In this document: positions 34,671 through 43,312 of the stretch, one piece after another
Layout of the letters: each line of letters begins with the position of its first letter
Position numbering within the stretch: the stretch's first letter is position 1
Assembly: GCF_001194135.2 (NCBI RefSeq)
Contig: NC_068982.1
Location: 84,313,796 to 84,357,107, forward strand
Source of the DNA: Octopus bimaculoides
Lineage: Eukaryota
Reading direction: 5' to 3'
Length of the DNA stretch: 43,312 bases
The notes under the pieces: generated by a model
Databases searched by the model: none
Seen by the model: the letters and a program-made list of their open reading frames with translations, nothing else
Told to the model about the DNA's origin: nothing
Made by a program: the position numbers and the translations under genes

Positions 34671-35432
34671 AAGAAAAAGAATATCTTTGAAGCTGATACA
34701 AGGAGACTAAAATTCTGGAAATCCAAGCATGTTCAATTTCTTATGTGAATTGGTAGATGTTACTTGTTCCATACTTGCAGAAAATTTGAACTCGCAACCT
34801 AACATTCGTTAAATATCATTCTTAAGAAGTGAGCTATATTATACCTATTTTAAGGTTTGGTGGACTGAACCAGCAAGAATAGGTGTCTTGAAAAGGAACA
34901 CAACACAGTTCTCATAACAGAATAAGAATCATATGGCCCTTCAGAGAACTGAAGTATATCAATGCTTTGTACATTCTCCATGTAAATAACAAGCAAAAAG
35001 GACTCAAAACTAAAGTATACTCACTATCTATCAAGGATTTAATCTCACATTACTTTATCTTCTTTTGATATGAATCAGACAAACCCAGTGATAAATATGA
35101 TCATTACACATTTTAGCTGAGAGTATATTTATATGGTCTGAGTTTTATTTTTTTCAAAGCCAGCATAAAATAGTAGCTGACACCTATTCTTGCTGGTTCA
35201 GTCCACCAAACCTTAAAATAGGTATAATATAGCTCACTTCTTAAGAATGATATTTAACGAATGTTAGGTTGCGAGTTCAAATTTTCTGCAAGTATGGAAC
35301 AAGTAACATCTACCAATTCACATAAGAAATTGAACATGCTTGGATTTCCAGAATTTTAGTCTCCTTGTATCAGCTTCAAAGATATTCTTTTTCTTTAGGT
35401 GCCATGTCCAGAATGTAGGGTGTGTGATCATA
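34634..35432. repeat. 254-bp inverted duplication (arms 34634-34887 and 35179-35432, 291-bp spacer)
   Basis: By eye the arms differ at one position (34641 vs 35425). Confidence 0.92.
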
Positions 35433-35786
35433 AGTAGCAATAAACATCACACTGAAATACTATTGTGTTGTAATGTATTTATACAAACTTAAATGGTCAG
35501 CCCTTATTCATCAATTTAAAAAATCATCTATCATCATTATAATATCCTGTGCTCTTTTGATTTACAATGCTGCCCAGCACTCATAATATAATGTTTGCAT
35601 CATCTCCAGTTATCTCACTCTTCAAAATCTCATATTTTGCTTAAATTGGCTACCTTGGAAGTAACCTTGCTTAAAAAGCAGAAAGATAATAATGATACAT
35701 AATTCTCAAGTTAGAATGATATATTTGTAACATACTGCTTTTTCAAAATGTTTTTTTGATTTTGTTCATTATATAATATATTATAG

Positions 35787-35861
35787 CTTCCTGATCCTGA
35801 AGAAATACTACAAACATTTCAAGAAGGTCAGCGCCAAGGGAAGTGTACTCTTCCAAACAAT
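35787..35861 (+). CDS. Coding exon (75 nt with the donor at 35862, or 79 nt with the donor at 35866)
   Basis: TTATAG acceptor; LPDPEEILQTFQEGQRQGKCTLPNN(V); tandem donors AAT|GTAGGT and TAG|GTATAT. Confidence 0.72.
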
Positions 35862-35956
35862 GTAGGTATATTGATATTGTTACTCTTTGAATACTATTGA
35901 CACTTTTGTGACTTTGTAAATATAAAAAATAAAAGTTCAAAGTATTTCTTTTGTAG

Positions 35957-36054
35957 CTCAGACATCATGCAAAAAGCATACTATCTGCAATATATGGCTA
36001 GCAGAAAGAACTTGCAGGAAATAAACTCTCCTGCCACTGGCCACAATATTTTAG
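35957..36054 (+). CDS. Coding exon with two possible acceptors: 35957 (terminal, stop at 35999-36001) or 35962 (internal, to 36054)
   Basis: TTCTTTTGTAG|CTCAG|AC. From 35957 (phase 0): LRHHAKSILSAIYG*. From 35962 (phase 1): DIMQKAYYLQYMASRKNLQEINSPATGHNIL, ending TAG|GTAACC. Confidence 0.55.
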
Positions 36055-36171
36055 GTAACCTACATGAGATATAGATTTGTGGCATATCATGCCACTGCTA
36101 ACCTGCCATACATGCTTGTGTTTGTCTCTTGCTCACATACACTGTTAAGTATATAAACACATACATAAATA

Positions 36172-36460
36172 ATACGAAAATTTTGGCTCCCATTCACTTT
36201 GGCCTTATCCAGTCATTACTCATCTGTTACATGTAATTCAATTGGTCAAGAATTACTGCAACAGCTGAAACTGTTTAACAGTATTCGTGTTAGCTACATC
36301 TACTCTGTGTATAAATTTGAGCCAAAATGTAAATTGATCTAACAGAAACTCAGTTTGAGTCTATTTTATTGGTTATAACTGGTCACTCAGCAACCATTGA
36401 TCAGTTTCTCAATCTCTCATGCTGAACTTTAGAGTACTATAGTTTGAGAATTAGTATAGA
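36172..36460 (+). repeat. Unclassified dispersed repeat; second copy at about 38518-38745
   Basis: Shared GAAAATTTTGG..CC..TTCACTTT.GCCTT...CATTACTCATCTGTTA...AACAGCTGAAACT...CTAACAGAAACTCAG. Confidence 0.75.
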
Positions 36461-36496
36461 GTAAAAGGTAATGCATATGAACACATATACATGATA

Positions 36497-36625
36497 GTGT
36501 TAGGAAGGGCATCCAGTCATAGAAACAGACTATTGGAACTTGGTGCAGCCCTCTTGCTTGCCAGCTCCTATCAAACTGTCCAATCTGTACCAGCATGGAA
36601 AATGGACGTTAAATGACGATGATAC
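36497..36625 (+). mobile_element. RTE-type 3' tail fragment
   Basis: GTTAGGAAGGGCATCCAG...CAGCATGGAAAATGGACGTTAAATGACGATGAT. Confidence 0.75.
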
Positions 36626-37506
36626 CACTGCTGGCTACATCACTGTTTCTCTCTCTTTCTTTCTCTCTCTCCCCATCCCTCTCCCTCTCCCTGCCTTTCA
36701 CTATTTCTCTCTTGCAACACAAAATAGTGGATACACATACACACACATTCTTTCTACGTTTGAAAGTTTTCATGCTTTATCAATTGGTTAGAAATACTTT
36801 TCCATAGAGTCAACTCATCTAATCATTACCATTGAAATAAACTTTCCTGTAGCAACTTCTGTAGTATATTCTTTATTCCCAAAACTTTCTTGGTTTTGGC
36901 ATTCAGAATAACTGGAGTAGTAAGTTGACATTGAAGAGAGACACAAGATGCTACAAGTGAGGGAAGAAGTGACATCAAAGCAGGTCTGCCTCTTTCTTCA
37001 AGTGGCTACCAGCAGCAACAGACATGCATAATGATTTCTGGTGTATTGTAGATTCTGGCCAGGAGGTTTTGGATTAGAGAAAGTGTGCAGGGTTGCACAT
37101 TGAGTTGCAATCAAACTGTTGAGTAGATTTCCTTCTTCCAAAGTTTATTTTGCCAGCTCAAGCTAACAGTCTTTATTTTCCCATCCTTCATACAACGACA
37201 GGTACAACCTGACCACATAAATCTCTAAATGTTATCTGTCTATTTCAACTGCTTCATGCTGTTCACTGCCTCTTAGCGATGCACTATGACAATATTCACC
37301 AGCTACCATGCATATGTCTGCTTCAACCATGTTTTGCAATCCAGAGATGACAAAAGATACAAAATTTTCTTTGCTTCTTTTATTCAGTTAACTGACAAAC
37401 ATACAGCATTTTCTCACAAAAGAATGCTAACCTCTACCAAATGATTTTCAAACTGTCAATCAACTGCCATCTTTCAATTCAACACAGAATAACAGCCCTC
37501 TCACAG

Positions 37507-37735
37507 CAAATCTTGATGCTCAGTTCCCTACTGAATATATTACAAAAAATTTTAATTCACAATATATTAAGAGATATGATCAGCTTCCATCTCTTATCAA
37601 ACAAAGACTTCATTCAGTATATCTCACAGAAATCACAACTGATTGGGAAGATGATGAACTTTCAGATCAATGGTTAAATTCATCTTCCCTTCATTTTCAG
37701 CTTCCACATATTTATTCAGACATCAGCTCTATAAG
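37507..37735 (+). CDS. Candidate coding exon (alternative acceptor at 37488)
   Basis: Stop-free, ATG-less frame 37431-37760. Acceptor CCCTCTCACAG| is phase 1 and compatible with the 36054 donor; donor AAG|GTGTGA. Peptide NLDAQFPTEY...QYIKRYDQLPSLIKQRLHSVYLTEITTDWEDDELSDQWL... Confidence 0.5.
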
Positions 37736-38354
37736 GTGTGACATTTCTACTGGGCACTTCTAGAGGTATAAATTCAGCATTGTTGAAAACATAATCAATC
37801 TATTGCCAAGTGATTCCAACAGCTAAAGTTATATGAATATCATCATAAGCATTTTCTCTCTCTTATTTTCTTGTTTCTCATTCATTTATGGCTTGACATT
37901 TCATTTATTTCTAAACTGTTTTACATAGATATTTTGTATTTCTTTCACTCTTGTTAAATTCCTGCTTTCCATGTTGATTTGTTCTGCATGTGTATATACA
38001 CATTAATGAAAACATAATCACTCTTTATACAGTATACATTTTTAGAGTTACAGAGAAATTATGTTAGCTGTTTCTTCAGCTGCTTTCTTACATCAGCTTG
38101 TGAAAATGCTGAATCAGCTCAAATGTATTAAGACATCATTTAAGCTTCACCACTCATCTATATTTACTCAAAGACATACATGCATATTCATATTCAAATT
38201 TACTTCAAAATTTGCATCAGAAACATCTCTCTCTACCAACAATCATTGCACTCATAATTTGGTATATAAGTGACACTCTTCTGCACATTTCCATGATAGT
38301 TTTCCTTAACATGCAAAGCAACTAATACTTGTTCCTTTTTGTGTTTGGTTTGTT

Positions 38355-38357
<3 letters not shown>

Positions 38358-38427
<70 letters not shown>

Positions 38428-38430
38428 ACA
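38358..38430. repeat. (CT)n(CA)n compound microsatellite
   Basis: Directly visible. Confidence 0.95.
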
Positions 38431-38772
38431 ACATTTTCAACAATCTTCAGTGGTTGCTAGTGGGCGTGAAGTATATTTGACACTTCTATACTTGCTTCTT
38501 TTTGACACACATTCTCAAAATATGAAAATTTTGGTTCCTGTTCACTTTAGCCTTGCTCACCCATTACTCATCTGTTAAATATAATTCAACTGGTCATCAG
38601 TTACGGTAACAGCTGAAACTTTAAAATTACATTCAGATTAGCTGAACAAACCTAACAGAAACTCAGCGTGGCTCTATGTCCATCCATTGGAGCCTTTCAT
38701 GCTGTATTTTAGGGAAATACAGTTATGGGAATCAGCACATTATTCTCATACTGACAGTTTTTGTTGTATCTT

Positions 38773-39180
38773 CATCATCATCATCATCATCATCCTTTAG
38801 CATCCATTTTCTATGTTAGCATAGGTAAGATGGATTGACTGGAGCTGCAGCAGCAGGCTCCAGTCTGTTTTGGCTTGGTTTCTATGGCTGGATGTTCTTC
38901 CTAATACCAACCACTCCACAGAGTGTATTGGGTGCCTTTTACATGTCACCTGCATGGGTATCTTTCATAAGTCACCAGCACTAGCTGCAACTACAATTTC
39001 ACTTAACTTGACATGTCTTCCCAAGCACAGCAAACCACCAAAAGTATTGGTTCCTTGTTATCACCTCCATGAGACTCAACATCCAAAGATCATATTTCAC
39101 CACCTTGTCCCACATCTTCCTGGGTCTACCTCTTCCACAGGTTCCTTTCATATAGATTGGCATTTCTTTATGCAACTGTC
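38773..39180 (-). mobile_element. Older RTE subfamily 3' fragment
   Basis: (CAT)n tail, GGCTGGATGTTCTTCCTAATACCAACC 3'UTR motif, then CCCACATCTTCCTGGGTCTACCTCTTCC (GRGRPRKMWD). Confidence 0.8.
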
Positions 39181-39181
39181 A

Positions 39182-39232
39182 ATGTTGATAAATATTGTAT
39201 GTTGATAAATATTATATGTTGATAAATATTGT
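39182..39232. repeat. 17-bp tandem repeat x3 (ATGTTGATAAATATT[G/A]T)
   Basis: Directly visible. Confidence 0.9.
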
Positions 39233-39879
39233 AGCAGTTATATTAGTATGACCAGAATTATCAATGTTTTTAATACAGGTTGTATACCCACCAAATTGCT
39301 ATGGCTACTATTCATTCAATGAAGTTGTTGAGCAGTTATGTGGATACAGAAAAATTTATAAAGTAAATAGCAATTTTTCTTTCTATAAACTTTTTACTTA
39401 ATATTTCTACCAACAATATTCCAGGAGAAATTCCTATATATATGTCACCATTTGTAGAAAGTATTGTAATGTTAATATCTATACTTGCTGAAAAGATGGT
39501 AACTGCCACTTATTGTGAAAAATGTTAAATTGCATAATAGACTGGTCATTGAGGCAAATACCTTGTTATGCATTTAGGATTATTATCTAGCCTCATGCTA
39601 ACCCTGATTACATACCATCTTTTATTCAGGCATTGTGTTATTTATGACTACATTATCTAATGTGTCATCCTTTATTTTAATGTGAGTAAGATTTTAGGGA
39701 GTTTTGAATTACATAGAGATTGCTTCATTGTATACATTAAGTTATCGAGATGGATCCCTTCTCTCTAGGGAAAAGCCAATAAGAGATACTGAGTTTGACT
39801 CTGCAAAAAAATAGATAAATAAAATAGAGAGAGAGAGAGAGAAAGCACCTTGGGAAAGTGTCTTTTACTATAACCCCAA

Positions 39880-40132
39880 ACTGATCAATGCTGATCAATT
39901 GGGAGTGAATTTGAAACAGAAACTGTGTGGAAGTTCGCTATAATACACACATACATGCATAAATACACACACACACATGTGAACATGTGTGTGCATGTGT
40001 ATGTATGTTCACCTTTATGTCTGTCTCCACCACTACTTGACAACTGAAGTTGATTTGTTTGATTAAACCTTTCAGACATTAAACTCCCGCATGGCTATAG
40101 TCTAATGATAGAAACAAGTAAAAGATATAAGA
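39880..40132 (+). mobile_element. Decayed SINE family A 3' portion
   Basis: AACAGAAACTG...(CA/TG)n...CTTGACAACTGAAGTTG...GCATGGCTATAGTCTAATGATAGAAACAAGTAAAAGA. Confidence 0.65.
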
Positions 40133-40539
40133 AGAATTAACAAAACAGTTCACAAATTTTGCTAGAATAAAAAACAAAATATAATCTTCAAACCTGCATG
40201 AAGACTGTCATTGATAATCAAAGAACAGCAGAGGAAAAGTGGACCATTGAGAAAATAAAACTCAATTCCAAAGTGTTCTTCTCAGCATAAGGTTGCTGTC
40301 TCATCTGCTGGGTTTTTAGTTAATGAAGATAGCATTCTCCATGGTGTTGCAGAAACATGGGTGAGATTCTGTTCTGCGTTCAGCAATCCTGTTATGGTTG
40401 ATCTGTGAAGCAAACCCTCTGCACACCCTATCTGACACATCTTTTGGCACCTTGGCTATAAGCAAATTAAAGCCAATTCAGCTGTGGACCCTAATAGGTT
40501 TCCCCATGAGATTCCCGAAGGAGTGTTGACATCAACTCA

Positions 40540-41010
40540 TATTTCCTTTAGCTATTCTCTGGAGAAAATTACTGGATGCTGATTATATTCCTGATAATTT
40601 TCCATCTCAGTCTCTTGTCCCAGTTTTCAAAAAAGTAAACAAGTCACTCAATGATTTACTGACTGGTCTTACTTGTCATATCATCCAATTATTTGAGAGA
40701 GTTATTGAGATCTTGAGTGACTCACTTCCTCAAAAATAATATTTTCTTCAATTCTAAACATGGTTTCTGCAATGGTAGGGACAGCCTAACACAACTCCTG
40801 ACTTACTTTGATGACATTCCAAAGGCTCTGGGAAGGGCTCTAATGCAAGTAACATGTACCTTGACTTCAAGTATACTCCTTCCACTGTCAGCATGAATGC
40901 TATGTCATTTGTATACTGTAGAAAATATTTCAGCAACATTGGCCAATTGACATTAGCATCAACTTTAAAATTCATCCAAGGTTTGGTCCTTGTGCCATTT
41001 GTCCTCTACA
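40540..41010 (+). pseudogene. Decayed CR1-like LINE RT fragment
   Basis: ILWRK.LD...PVFKK...HGFCNGRDSLTQLL...YLDFK...QGLVLVP, matching the QHGF, LTQL, YLDF.KAFD and PQG.VLGP order with a deletion. Confidence 0.7.
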
Positions 41011-41275
41011 AAAATCAACTCTCATGTCACATCACAACACTAAAAATTATTACATCTCAACTGGCTCTACACTCTTTAATATCATACAAAGACATAAGGA
41101 AAAGAAAAGATCTCATAACATTCAAATGGTTCTTGGGAAAATTCCTCCAATAAATCATAAATAAACCACCTTCATCCAGATATATCTCTGCAAGCAATAA
41201 CTCTTTACTCAAATGGGTTATAATACCCAAAGGACAACTAACATGAAACATGATTAGCTATTTAAGTAACCACTA

Positions 41276-41400
41276 GGCAGCTGGCCTAGTGATTAGGTTG
41301 CTGCACTCGCAATCACCAGATCATGGGTTTAATTCCTGGACTGGGTGGCATGTTGTGTTCTTGAGCAAAGCACTTCATTTCATGTTACTCTAGAGCTATG
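41276..41400 (+). mobile_element. tRNA-derived SINE, third family (CORE-like body)
   Basis: A-box-like TGGCCTAGTGATTAG, B-box-like GGTTTAATTCC, then GTTGTGTTCTTGAGCAAAGCACTT. Confidence 0.65.
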
Positions 41401-41999
41401 TGGGGACCAGCATGCCATAGAAAAGACTCAACATTTTCTCTGAGTGTTGTAAAAGGCAATTAAAAGAAATTGAGATAAGATTTGCACTCTGACCCCATAA
41501 AACTCTCACCAGCAACAACTACCCAGACAGGCCCATGGATTGGCGGGTGCAAAGGTGTCATCCACCAACAAGTGGTGAATGCAGCAATATGCTGTTACAG
41601 AACATGCCCCCATACTACTACTAAGAATATATATCTTTAAAAAACTATTGTTGAAGCATTTCACAAAGCAGCATAAAAATATTCAATCCAAACTATACAT
41701 CTAAAACGCACATTGCTTTTTATGCTATTCCTCAATCCCTAAGTAATAAACAAAGCACAAAAAAATTTAAGTATCATCAGAAAACAATGAGGCTGCATCC
41801 AAATCAAGAAATAATGTATATTTTAATTATTTTCAGCATTCCCAGAAGAAATTAAATTGAAAACTTCTTAACGGTAATAAAAATTTTAAAAACTAAAGAA
41901 CTATTTTGTTTTAATTTCTTTTTATTTGAACTATCGAGTGATAAATCCTCCAAATTACATTCTGAAAACCAACAGGAAAAAGAAAGATGTGTCGAGTTG

Positions 42000-42600
42000 C
42001 ACCCTTAAGTTGCAGGAAGGTGAACATAGAAGTGGTATGGGTGTGGAAATGCAAAGTAGGTGGCTGATATTCATGGATGGGGATAAGGGAAATGCAGTGA
42101 GTGGTGAACATGGTAGGAGTGTGGTCAATAGTGAATATCAGTTGAAGGCAGAGGAAGTAGGTTTGGGTCACAGAGGTAGCAGGAGGCAGTAAAGATATGA
42201 AGTTCAGGTAGGATGCAAAATGCAAGTCAGTGGTAGATAAGTGTGGAAATAGTGGGAGAAATTGAGGTAATGGAAGATTTGCCATTGACAAGATGAGAGG
42301 TGCACAGGGAAAAGGGGAAGTGGAAGGGGTGTTCAGTATTAAAAGAATGGTCTGGAATTAGACTGAGAATGCATAAGATGAAGGTGGTTCTAGGGAGGGA
42401 AATGGAATATGTTCAGTTCATTTCTCATAGCTACATCAGCTGAGTGAGTAGTGTCATAGTCAGATGAGTAATGGAGGGGAGGGTGTTAGGGAGATGAGTA
42501 GTGAAAGGAATGGGTGTTAGGAAGGTAACTTATGAGAGGAGAGATTCATCAGGAACAAATTGGATGCAAGGGAAGATATATGCAATATACGTTAAGGGCC
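42000..42600 (-). pseudogene. Highly decayed Penelope-like RT relic
   Basis: DVAMRNEL (G.AMG-like) and STTDLHFASYLNFIS...YFLCLQLIF (TD.H...SYL...S.HP...PYSQ.LR-like) in the expected order; pyrimidine-rich on the - strand. Confidence 0.5.
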
Positions 42601-42649
42601 TCATTTTTGCTTTACAAGTACAACAGACAGTCATTACAGTCCATTGTCA

Positions 42650-42985
42650 TTTTTTCAGTGAGGCTCAACATCTAGAGGTCATTCTTCATGACTTTATCTC
42701 ACATCTCTTCCTAGGTCTCCCTTTTATGTAGGTTCCCTCTTTAAGCAGCTGTCCTTATTCATACACATCACATGACCACACCAGTGCAGCTTTCTCTCTT
42801 GCATACTATATCTGACACTTTTTATGTTCAATTTTCCTCTTAAAGCCAATAAGCGATGAATATAATACATATGCAAGTTTCCATTGGTTTCCTGTAGGAA
42901 GCAGAGTGCATGTAGATCTGTGGATATCCTTAATTTTATTACGTTTGTCTGAATAACAATACTCATGCACAACATACACAGATCC
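42650..42985 (-). pseudogene. Decayed RTE C-terminal fragment
   Basis: LRGKLNIKSVRYSMQERKLHWCGHVMCMNKDSCLK parallels LREKLNIRSISCGVQERRLRWYGHVVRMDEDSCVK in the younger copies. Confidence 0.8.
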
Positions 42986-43029
42986 AGCTGAAGGTTGCTT
43001 CTTACCAGTAGTAACCAGTATTGTTATAA

Positions 43030-43145
43030 ACAGTACAAAGTGTATGTATATACATATACTTTATACATGTGCAGGTGTGTACATATACATGTAAATATAT
43101 ATATGTATGTATGTATATATATGTGCATATATGTATATATGCACA
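43030..43145. repeat. Degenerate (TA/TG)n microsatellite
   Basis: Directly visible. Confidence 0.9.
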
Positions 43146-43312
43146 AATATTCTATAATTAGAAAAATAATTATAATGAGGTGTCAGTAAATTGCTTTGCC
43201 ATGCACTGATTTACAAGTAGGAGCTAAATGCTTTTTCAACTACCATAAAGATCTGTTAGATAGTAGCACACTTTTTTTTTTTACGTAGGCAAAAAGAAAA
43301 AATAATGAATCC

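Noticed and set aside
35743-35940. Minus-strand 65-aa ORF as a RhoGEF-like exon
   Set aside because: The similarity is vague, and the ORF is the antisense shadow of the better-supported + strand exon at 35787.

Overview
Eukaryotic, AT-rich, repeat-dense scaffold with nine N-gaps. The SINE families, (ATG)n-tailed RTE LINEs and (TA)n density point to an octopus or related coleoid cephalopod; this is inference, no search was run. Most of the window is intronic. A chain of small GT-AG, phase-consistent + strand exons that the ORF track misses (11624-11681, 25063-25107, 25936-25992, 29660-29710, 33110-33178, 35787-35861/5, 35957/62-36001/54, probably 37507-37735) encodes part of a protein I cannot identify. 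The introns and upstream region hold RTE, CR1-like, Tx1-like and Penelope-like retroelement relics, three tRNA-derived SINE families, a mariner, hAT and piggyBac MITEs, a Gypsy-type solo LTR and a related LTR-PBS-LTR mini-element. The most unusual structures are: a TSD-flanked 517-bp palindrome pairing a tRNA-like Pol III head with a minimal hammerhead ribozyme; a second tRNA-headed inverted/direct-repeat element; a fold-back MITE carrying head-to-head TTAGGG arrays; a near-perfect 254-bp inverted duplication of local DNA; a triplicated RTE 3' end; and a 23-aa-period (STPR-like) relic. All alignments and translations were done by eye, so boundaries of decayed repeats are approximate. No CRISPR array, rRNA or intact tRNA gene was found.
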